Assembly: GCA_001600695.1 (NCBI GenBank)
Contig: BCKQ01000002.1
Span: 2,360,151-2,424,150, forward strand
Reading direction: 5' to 3'
DNA: 64,000 bases
DNA from: Ascoidea asiatica JCM 7603
Lineage: Eukaryota > Fungi > Ascomycota
This document shows, in pieces, positions 1 to 9,903 of the stretch. Numbering within the stretch: position 1 is the stretch's first letter; each line of letters begins with the position of its first letter. Both the position numbers and the translations under genes were made by a program. Below the pieces are notes generated by a model, which did no database searches, was not told the DNA's origin, and worked only from the letters and a program-made list of their open reading frames with translations.

Positions 1-81
1 TTTTAGAATCGATTTTAATAGGTGATGAAATAGGAGCAATTCAAGGCAAAATCAGAAAATATTTATAAAAAAAGTAAAAAT

Positions 82-2421
82 TCACTCTTCAATTTCACCA
101 AAAAATAATCCAGAAATTATTTGTTCCGCATCATTTTGTTTTAAAATTATTTCAGCAATTTCATTTCCTACTCTATTTTGAAGTTTTAGTATAGTTTTTT
201 CACTAAATTTGAAATCTTTTTCAGGTTTAGATTCTATTATATCCATTTTTTCATCTCCATCAATATCAATATTAGAATCAGTATTAGAAGTGGAATCAGT
301 ATTATTATTAGGACTAATACTATTATTATTTGAAACTTGAGAAGATTTATCATTTATACCAATTTCTAAATTTAAAGATCTTAAAGAAAGTAAAATTGCA
401 TCAATTAGAATTTTTTTCTCTTTTAAAAATTTTTGAATTTTTAGTTCTTTTTCAGTTGAAGAAGCATTAAAATTAAGTGAAGAATTTTCAGAAATATCTA
501 AATTTTCTATTATATCTAAATTTTTTTGTTTTTGATCAGTATTATAATTAAAAAAAATTAATTTTGACCAATTTTTTAAATTTCCAATTATTAAAATTCT
601 AACAGAATCAGGACCTAATTTTGTTATACCTTTAATAGAACCATAATATGAGCCGAAATTTTTTGAGAAATTTAATTGTAAAGCTTCATTCTCATTCTCA
701 TTCTCATTATCATCTTCATTATCAATACTAATGCTATTTTTATTGCTATTGTTTATAATTAGATTATTTAGATTATTTACATCATTATTTGCATTATCAT
801 TTATATTATTTAATAGATCTTTATTATCTTTATTATCTTTATTATCTTTATTATCTTTATTATCTTTATTATCCTTAGAATCTTTAGAATCCTTATCTTC
901 TTTATCTTCTTTATCTTTTTTATTTTCTTCATTATTACTATTATTGACAATAATATTATTATCATTATCTTTATCATCATTATTTGAGATAGTTGAAGGA
1001 GATTGTATACTTGTAGTTAAAAAAGCTTTTAATAAAGTTCTTGCAACTTTTGGTTTTAAATATTTATAAGATTTTGAATATTTTTTCATTACATGTTCTA
1101 ATAAACTTGCAGCAAAATCTCTAATATTAATATGATGATATAAAGTATGTAAATTATCATTAGAAATTAGAATTTTTTCATTTTCATTATTTAAATTTTG
1201 ATTTTGATTTTGATTGTTTTGTTTAATTAAATTTTTTAAAGATGGACCAATTCTTTTTGCTAATAATAAAGTTAAAATTGAAGGCATTAAACCATGAATA
1301 TAAGGATCGAGAAATATAGTTTCATTTGAGATTAAAGAATATATAACTTCTAAGATTACAGTTAATAAATTAATATTTTTTAAATTATGAGTAATTTGTT
1401 CTTTAATAAATTCAATAAAATAAGGTACTAATTGATGTAAACCAGGATCAGATTTTATTGAATTTAAAGCAGCTTGTTTAAGATTTAAATTATTATCATT
1501 ATTTTGTAAGTTAATTGAATTTGAATTTGAATTTGAATTTTGAATTTCTGTATTATTATTTATAATATCATCAGGTTGAATTAAAATTTCAACAACTTTA
1601 TTAAAATATACTTGTAATTCTTTTGATAATACATGTTTAACTAAAGGTCTAATTTCTATATCTTTTGATATAGATAAAGAACTATTTATATTATTTATAT
1701 TGTTAATGTTATTTATATTATTGATTGATTTATTTTTTGAATTACCATTTAAAATAGGTTGATCATTTTGATTTTGATTTTGATCAATAACTGTTGATTG
1801 AGATTGTGGAATTAATTGTGATTGTGATTGAGATTGAGATTGAGTAAGTGATTGAGTAAGTGGTTGAGATTGAGATTGAGATTGAGTGGATAAACCTATT
1901 GAATTTGAATTTAAGATATTATTTATAATTGAACCTCTTTTTGAAGGTAATTGAGATTTAATTTCTGAAATTAAAGGATTTTGAGGAATTATTGGTTGAA
2001 CACCTTCAATTGCTAACCAATGAGAAGTAAAAGTAGTAATTCTAGAAACAGAAGGTAATGGTTTATTAATTAATCTTTCAAATTCAATTTCATTATCATT
2101 AATATAATATAAAGTTTGACCAGGACCAACTAAAGCTTCTTTAAAATTTAAAGATTTACTTGAATTATAACCATATAAAGGTTCAATATTTAAAACAGAT
2201 AAAGATTTTTGAATATCTGAATTTTTTAAAATATTTCTTTTTGAATGTTTCATAAATTTTAAAGATTGTTCAATAATTTCATGAATTCTATATTCAACAT
2301 CCATTGAGAGTGCTTTTGCAACATCATCAGATAAATTTGAAATACCTAAAGATTCAGAAGCATCTTTTACTGTATCTGCTGGAGACCAAAGAGTATGAGA
2401 AGTTGGTATTTTAGAATTCAT
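82..2421 (-). CDS. TAF6: TFIID/SAGA subunit Taf6, with long low-complexity insertions
   Basis: N-terminal histone fold (LWSPADTVKDASESLGI...DVEYRIHEIIEQSLKFMKHSKR), HWLAIEGVQPIIPQNP, KHVLSKELQVYF and DPGLHQLVPYF are Taf6 signatures. Confidence 0.96.
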   Translation of the reverse strand: MNSKIPTSHTLWSPADTVKDASESLGISNLSDDVAKALSMDVEYRIHEIIEQSLKFMKHSKRNILKNSDIQKSLSVLNIEPLYGYNSSKSLNFKEALVGPGQTLYYINDNEIEFERLINKPLPSVSRITTFTSHWLAIEGVQPIIPQNPLISEIKSQLPSKRGSIINNILNSNSIGLSTQSQSQSQPLTQSLTQSQSQSQSQLIPQSQSTVIDQNQNQNDQPILNGNSKNKSINNINNINNINNINSSLSISKDIEIRPLVKHVLSKELQVYFNKVVEILIQPDDIINNNTEIQNSNSNSNSINLQNNDNNLNLKQAALNSIKSDPGLHQLVPYFIEFIKEQITHNLKNINLLTVILEVIYSLISNETIFLDPYIHGLMPSILTLLLAKRIGPSLKNLIKQNNQNQNQNLNNENEKILISNDNLHTLYHHINIRDFAASLLEHVMKKYSKSYKYLKPKVARTLLKAFLTTSIQSPSTISNNDDKDNDNNIIVNNSNNEENKKDKEDKEDKDSKDSKDNKDNKDNKDNKDNKDNKDLLNNINDNANNDVNNLNNLIINNSNKNSISIDNEDDNENENENEALQLNFSKNFGSYYGSIKGITKLGPDSVRILIIGNLKNWSKLIFFNYNTDQKQKNLDIIENLDISENSSLNFNASSTEKELKIQKFLKEKKILIDAILLSLRSLNLEIGINDKSSQVSNNNSISPNNNTDSTSNTDSNIDIDGDEKMDIIESKPEKDFKFSEKTILKLQNRVGNEIAEIILKQNDAEQIISGLFFGEIEE
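820..915 (-). repeat. 9-bp coding tandem repeat (KDN/KDS/KDE)n in TAF6
   Basis: (ttattatct)n on + strand, encoding DKEDKEDKDSKDSKDNKDNKDN... Confidence 0.85.
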
Positions 2422-2812
2422 GAATGAATGAGTTGTATATTATTTGATTGAGTTGTAAGTTGTATTTTATCAATTATGTTTATTATTTATTTTTGTTTAT
2501 TTATCTATTTATCGATCATTATTCATTATTCATTATTCATTATTCATTATTTATTATTCATTATTTATTATTCAATATTATTCAAATTATGAATTTAGCC
2601 ATGGAAGAGAAAGTAAAAACTATAGCACGTGATTTGGAGAAATAGAAGAACATCCGTGGTAAACCATTATCCGCGTAAATCCGGGATAGATTTTGTTTTT
2701 ATGATTTTGAAGTGAGTAAACACAAAAAGAAGAAGAAAGAGAAGAAAGAGAAGACAATTGATATTCTTCAGTGGCACTTCATTGCTTTATTGCTTTATTG
2801 CTTTATTGACTG

Positions 2813-3196
2813 ATGGCGCCACCGATACCCGTGCTCACCAGGGACCAAGTGGAGTTGGTCTGCAACACCAGAGGCATCAGAGACCCCTTCAGCAGTGTCG
2901 GCAACAAGAACAACAACAACAACAGCCAGGAAGAGTGTGAGTTGAAGAGTCTTGTTCAGTTTGAATGCTCCTATAACACTCAACTCGACAATGTGAGCTG
3001 TTTCCCCTTCAAAAGAATCTTTAAGAAGTGCAAAGTCCAGGAATTAAGAAATGCAAAAACTGTTGGTGAACCTGTAGAAAATGAACCTGTTTATCAGTTG
3101 ATTGAAGTGACAAATGAAAGAACAAATAACATTTTCAAGAACATGGAATTAAATCAAATTGAAAAAGAAGTTAAACAATTCAATTATCCCAATTGA
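2813..3196 (+). CDS. SOM1: Mitochondrial inner membrane peptidase (IMP) subunit Som1
   Basis: MAPPIPVLTRDQ start and CELKSLVQFEC...CFPFKRIFKKC...IEVT match the Som1 pattern (MAPPT..TRDQ / CxLKxLVQxEC / CxPFKRxF). Confidence 0.85.
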   Translation: MAPPIPVLTRDQVELVCNTRGIRDPFSSVGNKNNNNNSQEECELKSLVQFECSYNTQLDNVSCFPFKRIFKKCKVQELRNAKTVGEPVENEPVYQLIEVTNERTNNIFKNMELNQIEKEVKQFNYPN

Positions 3197-3558
3197 AACT
3201 TATATTCAATATATTTTTAATATATTTTTAATAACCATTATATAATTATTGTAATACAATAGAATCTATGTAACTATTTGAGTTAAATACTTCTTTTACA
3301 AGGTCTGAGATGACTGATAACTGAGAAAATGATTCGCATTCGCTGGCCAATCATTTCCTCAGTGCTTTTTTCACCTGAGCTCGACTGAAAACTTCGCAAC
3401 ATTCGCTCATCTCCCATTCACATACAAATTGTTTATTTCAGTTACTAATCATAATCATTATCAGATTTGTAATTGCAATCATTATCATATCTCGTATCTC
3501 ATACAATATAAATATATAGTATATTATACCTTTTTTATTATCTTAAATTCAAATAGAA

Positions 3559-4014
3559 ATGTTTACATCTTTAAGTAAAAAACAATTATTTTCAATTTCT
3601 TCAAATACTTTTTTAAATATTTCAAAAAGATCAATGACTTCACTTATACCAATTAATCCAAAAGGTGCACCACCACCAGCTGCACCATATTCACCAGCAA
3701 TGAAAGTTGGTAATTTAATTTTTTTATCTGGTCAAATTCCAATAAATTCAAATGGTGAAATTTTAAATGGTTCAATTGGTGAAAAAACTTCATTAATTTT
3801 AAATAATATTAAATTAATTTTAAATAATGCAAATTCAGATTTAAATAAAATTGCAAAAGTTAATATTTTTTTAACTGATATGAAAAATTTTAATGATGTT
3901 AATTTAGTTTATGGTAAATATTTTAATATTCATAAACCTGCAAGATCTTGTGTTGCTGTTAAAGAATTACCACTTGGTGTTGATATTGAAATTGAGTGTA
4001 TAGCCGTTGAATAA
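3559..4014 (+). CDS. MMF1: RidA/YjgF/YER057c-family imine deaminase with a probable mitochondrial presequence
   Basis: APYSPA, IFLSGQIP, VNIFLTDM, KPARSCVAVKELPLGVDIEIECIA; S/K/R-rich acid-free N-terminal extension. Confidence 0.92.
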   Translation: MFTSLSKKQLFSISSNTFLNISKRSMTSLIPINPKGAPPPAAPYSPAMKVGNLIFLSGQIPINSNGEILNGSIGEKTSLILNNIKLILNNANSDLNKIAKVNIFLTDMKNFNDVNLVYGKYFNIHKPARSCVAVKELPLGVDIEIECIAVE

Positions 4015-4095
4015 TTAACTTACTTACTTACATACTTATATAATACAATATATAATACAATATACAATTAATATATAATTAATATATAATTATAA

Positions 4096-4845
4096 TTATA
4101 ATGACTTCTTTAATGGAATATTTGTATTAATATTATTCTTATTACCAAAGTTCTTAGTCATATTATTTAAATTATTTCTATTAACATTACCGCCAACACC
4201 TGAAAGACTTGAAATACCTGAAGAACCTGAAGAACCTGAAACACCTGAAACACCTGAAGTACCGCCAATGTTAGAAGTAGTAGAAGTAGAAGGAGCATTA
4301 ACATTGTCACCACCAATATTTCTATTAATATTCATATTACTACCTATATTACTATTACTATTCATATTCATATTAATATTATTACCATAATTACTTTTGA
4401 AAATAAATTTTTCACTAAATGGTTTAATTAAATTTAAATAAATAATTCTTGCACCTCCATAACTTGGTAATGATAAATATAATAAAAATAAAGTTTTGAA
4501 AAAAAAATAAAATGGAATCCAATATAATATAGCTTTTAAAAAAAATTCAAAAACATTAAAAAATCCAAAAACAACCCAATAAATTAATAATTCTGAATCA
4601 TCTTCTTTATTTGAACTTCTTAAAGCATTTAATGATAAATATGCTGGAATTATATATCCTGCAATATTTGATAATAATTGTCCAATTCCTCCTGTATTTA
4701 AAATTATACTTAAAAAATAAACAAAAATAATTCCAACAATTGCATATGATCTTGGTAATTTTGTTTTTTGTTCAAAATTATCTAAATGTTTATTACCTGC
4801 AAATCTTTGATCGATTTGAAGTAATAGTTTTTTAACAGAATCCAT
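4096..4845 (-). CDS. YOP1: ER-shaping DP1/Yop1 (REEP) protein
   Basis: LPRSY, GGIGQLLSNIAGYIIPAYLS, DD.ELLIYWVVFGFF, LYWIPFYFFFKTLFLLYL; low-complexity tail. Confidence 0.93.
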   Translation of the reverse strand: MDSVKKLLLQIDQRFAGNKHLDNFEQKTKLPRSYAIVGIIFVYFLSIILNTGGIGQLLSNIAGYIIPAYLSLNALRSSNKEDDSELLIYWVVFGFFNVFEFFLKAILYWIPFYFFFKTLFLLYLSLPSYGGARIIYLNLIKPFSEKFIFKSNYGNNINMNMNSNSNIGSNMNINRNIGGDNVNAPSTSTTSNIGGTSGVSGVSGSSGSSGISSLSGVGGNVNRNNLNNMTKNFGNKNNINTNIPLKKSL

Positions 4846-5499
4846 TTTATTTTAAAAATCTTATTACACAACACAAATTCAACTCAATTATTACTCAATT
4901 AATTAATAAAATAAAGTAATATTTATTGATTTTAATAATTATCAATTATCAAATATGAATCTCTTCTTCAGTTGGAATTGATTAAATATTTATATATCTT
5001 TCTGAGATTCTACATCTTGTTAGTAATATCAATCTAAAATCAGATTGCTTGCTTGTTTATCTTTTGTTAGCGCTGCGAATCTGAAATGAAACTCGAAGCT
5101 TGCGCAATTTTCTGAGCCCAGAGCTAAAAGTCCTGGTTCTTAACTACGGTAAGAGCTGGAAGCGAAGTGCTCGTCTGCAGCAAGCTCTGCTCTGGAATAA
5201 ATCTCAGTTTCGAAACTACGTAATAATTATTGAATATTATTATAGATTCTATTAGATATTGGATATTGGATATTAAATAAAAGAAAGAAGAGAACAGTGT
5301 TTATTGCTATGTCGAAGAGATATGGAGGTTAAGATCTGAATGTGATGAGAATGTGTATAATATACTCGGTGACAAAGATATATCAGTAATACATTAGTTA
5401 TATTAGATATGATAAAGATAAAGAAAGATAAAGATAAAAAAAAGTTATAATGTGGAGAGAGAACTCATTTATGTAACATGAAATTGCAAACTTCTTCAA

Positions 5500-6072
5500 T
5501 CAGTTAATTACTTTTGGTACTTCACTGGATTGATTACTTTCACCAAGAAATTCAGAAAGTGAATTGTTAATCTTTTCAGAAGTGATTAAAAATCTTACAC
5601 CCAAATTATCAACAGTATCAATTACAACTTTACCAGAAATTCCAGCATATCCTCTAATATAAGTATAAATTGGATTACTATATGAATGTATTCTTTTTAC
5701 ATAATCTCCAATTCTTTCATAAGATTCTAATCTTTTTAAAGTTACTGATCTTTCATTAATATAATAAAATTTTGTAAGGTATGGACTATTTTCATCTTCA
5801 ATACCATCTTTAGTTCCTGTTAAACAATTATATGGTGATAATGATGGAAAATAATAAAATGGATTTGATCTTGATCTTGAGCTTGAATTAAAATTAGAAT
5901 TATTAATTTGTTGTTGTTTTTGTTTTTTTTCATTAATTTCCTTTTCATTTTTTATTTGAAATTCATAAAGTTTTCTTCTTTGTTCCATTTCTTCTTCAAT
6001 TGATATTGGTTCCATATTTAATATATCCATATTTTTATTCATATTTTTATTTCTATTATTTATAAAATTCAT
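5500..6072 (-). CDS. Hypothetical protein, paralogue of 37184-37978
   Basis: First ATG at 6072 (ORF track starts at TTG 6084); shares YYxPxLSPYN, FYYxNxRSVTLxxLESY and DNLGxRxLITxE blocks with 37184-37978. Confidence 0.7.
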   Translation of the reverse strand: MNFINNRNKNMNKNMDILNMEPISIEEEMEQRRKLYEFQIKNEKEINEKKQKQQQINNSNFNSSSRSRSNPFYYFPSLSPYNCLTGTKDGIEDENSPYLTKFYYINERSVTLKRLESYERIGDYVKRIHSYSNPIYTYIRGYAGISGKVVIDTVDNLGVRFLITSEKINNSLSEFLGESNQSSEVPKVIN

Positions 6073-6470
6073 TTTAAATAGCAATATTATATATTTATTA
6101 AATTTTTAGCAACTTCTTGGATAATATTATTCTTTATCACACTCAATATTTGATTTTGAATTGAATTTAAATATAAATCAAACATAAATAAATAAATAAA
6201 TATAAATAAATAAAAATCAAAAGATTTCTTCATTTCAATTCTTTTATTCCAAATTCAACTGATTTCTTTTGAAGTACCAAAAAAAAAAAAGAATCACAAA
6301 CGGAAAAAACCCTTACAATTTTCATTTTCACCAAAACCGCCAAATTCTGCTGCTTTTACAACCTCGACAACTTTTAACTATGGCAGTTTTTGACTACGGC
6401 TGAAAAATATTACTGAAGTGAAACAAAAACGTTAGCAAAGAATGTTATATTATTATATTATATAACTAAA

Positions 6471-6541
6471 ATATAAAGAGAATATAACTAGAATATAAAG
6501 AGAATATAAAGAGAATATAGAGAGAATATAGAGAGAATATA
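6471..6541. repeat. 11-bp tandem repeat (AATATA[A/G]AGAG) x ~6
   Basis: atataaagaga atataactaga atataaagaga atataaagaga atatagagaga atatagagaga, just past the stop codon of the P450-like gene. Confidence 0.8.
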
Positions 6542-6554
6542 TGTAGAATAATTA

Positions 6555-7721
6555 TTAATTTAAATGCTGACTTGTTCTTAAATTTAATGTAATTGAAAAA
6601 TAATCTTCTAAAGGAATTGAATCAAAATCACATAATCCAAATATATCAATTAATTCACAATATTTTGTAAAACATGAATTTTTTTTATCATTTGTACAAT
6701 TATTTAATTTAATCTCATATTTTTTAATAAATTTTGTAATAAATATATAAGTAAATTTAAAAAGAAAAGAATCTTCAGATGTTGAAGATTCTAATCCCAT
6801 AAGTTCTAAAGATGATAAACTTTGAAAATCTTTCAATAATGATTCATTTTGATTATTATTGTACTTGTTATTATTAAAACTATAATTGAAATAGATTAAT
6901 GATTTCTCAGGTATTATAAATTTATTATTTTCATCTTTTGTACTTAATTGAATTTCATTTTGATTTTGATATGGAAAACTTAAAGGAATTGGTGACAAAA
7001 TTAAAATAATTTCTTTTATTTTTTTAATAATTTCTTTATTATAATCTTCAACATTATTTTCAGTAGAATTTTGATTAATATTGAAATTTAAATTAATTAT
7101 ATTTAAAATTTCATTTTGAATTGATGGTTTTTCACCTAAATATTTTATTATTGAAATTAAAAATGGAATTAAAACAGAGACTAAATCATTGAATAATTCT
7201 AAAGTTAAACATTTTATTTCATCATTTGATAAATTAGTTTCATTATTTTTAATTAATGAATCAACTATACAAATATTATAATCTTTATATAATTGTGTTT
7301 GTTCAATTCTTTGTTTTATAATTTCAAAAACAAAAAAATTTCTTTCATTGATTATTGATTGAATATAAGATAATTGTGAATGAAGCAAAGGAGAATTTTG
7401 AAATGATCCTCTAAAATTGGACCATGTTTTAAAAGGAAATTTAAAATCTTTTAAAAGGTTTTTATTTTTTTTATTTCTAATCTCAAAAAATTGTTTAAAA
7501 AAATTTTTATTATTATTAGATTCTTTTATAGAATAATTAAATAATAAAATTAATGAAAATTCAATTATATCTTCATATAATAACTGAAATAATTCGATTG
7601 AATCTATTACATTTTTTTTCTTTTCTGTTTCTTTTTCTTTTTCTTTTTCATTATAATTAATTGATAAATTTTCAATAATTTTAGATATTTCTTCATGAAG
7701 GTTGAAATTTGAATTATTTAA

Positions 7722-7795
<74 letters not shown>

Positions 7796-8237
7796 CGACA
7801 TCTATAACTTTTAAAGATTCAATTAATGAATTTTTCATTCTTTTGGTTTTATAAACATTTAATCGATTTCTTAATTTCATTCCAAAACAAGCATCAGTAA
7901 CACAATATATTGGATTTTTAATGAAATCAATAATTTTAGATCCATTGGATTTAATTTCTTTTATTAAACATGGATCATTGATAATGATTGCATCTATTGA
8001 ACCTAATTTAATTTGAAATAAAGGTAAATTTTCTTTGATTTTGATTAAATCTTTAACAGTTTTAATTTGAGTTAAATTACCAAATATAAAATATCTTTTA
8101 AAGGGAAATTTTGGTATTCCATCTATTGAATTCTTTGAAAATAAACTCTTAAGTGTTAATAAAGAAAATAACAATACTAAAAAACTTATAATTGGAGAAT
8201 TTGAAATACTCCTAAACACCTGAGATAAAAGAAACAT
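6555..8237 (-). CDS. Highly degenerate cytochrome P450-like membrane protein with no heme-binding motif
   Basis: N-terminal TM anchor then GIPKFP...IFGNLTQI, LFQIKLGSIDAIIIND; K-helix-like IKEIILILSPIPLSFPY; FIIPEKSLIYFN; no PERF or FxxGxxxCxG. First ATG at 8237. Confidence 0.6.
7723..7794. repeat. (AAT)n microsatellite encoding poly-Asn
   Basis: ~24 perfect TTA/ATT units. Confidence 0.95.
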
Positions 8238-9085
8238 GAATGAGAACAATTCAATTCAAACCGAAAAAATGTTTTTCTAAATCTGGAAGAAGATCAATGA
8301 GCAAAGAAATTTGGAAGATATTGCTGAAGTTTCTTCTTTTTTTACTTCTTCTTCTTTGTTTACTTCTTCTTTTTCTTTTTTGTTTACTTCTTCTTCTTCT
8401 TTTTATTGGGGTTTGAATAATTTACCATAAAAGCAAAAACAAAAACACCGCAGCACATTCATATAGTATCATGCATAGTAAAATAAAATGTAAAAGAACT
8501 ATATGCCTCTAGCCCATAGTAAACTAATTTGATATTTTGTGAAGACTGGTAAAATAACACAAAGAATAATATAATTTTATTCACAATTCGACTTGCAATT
8601 TTCACTTGAAAGATTAAAAAAATTACAAATCATCATTAAGGGAATTAATATCATGATCTGTCTGTCAAATAGTAAGCATTCAAAAAATATATCCTTTGAT
8701 ACAAGTGAAAGCTTTTAAATTTTACAACACTCTTCTTATAATATAGTTTGAAACTTTTTGAATTTCTTACATTCTGAATGGTTAACCCTTTCGGCTAAAA
8801 TAATTAAACAAGAAAGACTAATAAAGCTCGGTATTAAAAAGTAATTGTTTTGATTTATTCTAGCAAAATAAAACAAAAGAAAACGAAAGTTTAGAAAAAG
8901 CTTACTTTTACTTAAAAAAAAAGGGTTTCATGTAAAAAAGTTTATAAAAACTACAAAGTCTTCTTTATTACAAGTAATATTTTAGCTTTAGGAATGATTT
9001 TGAATATATATCCGTACTTTTTAAGGTACTTGTACTATTTTATGGAACAGTTTATTATTAAAATAACATAATAGACCCTTTAGAG

Positions 9086-9903
9086 TTTTCCGGGGAAGCA
9101 AAATTATTTGAAACTTGTCATGATAGTTGTCAGTTTATATATCAAGAAGAGCATACATTTTGTGATAGATTCAATAGTGAATTTTCTGAAAGCTTTTGAG
9201 GCCGAGTCCTAAATTTTAGAACCGGATTTTTAGGCCAGTCCAAATCAGGCCGAGATTTGTATGCAGGTCCGTTTGAGTCTAAAACGGCAGAGGACCTAAA
9301 CCTTAAATTGTTCCATTTAAGTTATTCCACTTACAATAGCCACAATAGTGGCTGTTGCATTGATCCAACCAAACTTTTTATTTCCAGATCAGAAAAACCT
9401 TGAAACTTTTCAAATGACCACTGTTATTTTGTTTCACTTTTTTTTGTTCAAAAATACTTTGGAGGTATTCAATCAATATTTTTTGCAAAATCCACGAGTT
9501 TTCAACCGTTGGATTTCAAACCTTCAAAAAAATTAACTAATGAATCATAGAAAACGCACAAATAATATTGCTACTATTTTTCAATGGTTTAAAGAAAAAT
9601 GGAATGTACTATTTTTGTGCTTTTTATACTATTGTTATTTAAGTTTGGTTATAATAAAAATAGAATTGATAATGGAAACAATAATGGAAATATATTTATT
9701 TAAATTCATTTTTAGTATATAGCTAAAAAAACTGAAATATTATAAATATCCTAGAAATGTAGAAATAATTATCGTTTTGAAATTATAGAATTCTAGGACA
9801 TCAAGTTAATTATTTTATGAATATAGTCATTTATAGATATACCTTAGTTATTTAAAATGTCTTTTTCAAATAATAATGAACCATTTGATGAATATTCAAA
9901 GAA
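9086..9903 (+). repeat. Left arm of long inverted repeat (near-identical core 9201-9903, diverged extension 9086-9200)
   Basis: Reverse complement of 21810-22650; the ORF track gives identical 62-aa and 60-aa translations and the same MSFSNNNEPFDEYSK start in both arms; about 5 mismatches seen in the core. Confidence 0.97.

Noticed and set aside
9348-9722. 62-aa and 60-aa ORFs duplicated identically at 21991-22365
   Set aside because: Identity is explained by the inverted repeat; one starts at GTG; no recognisable protein features. A uORF role cannot be excluded.
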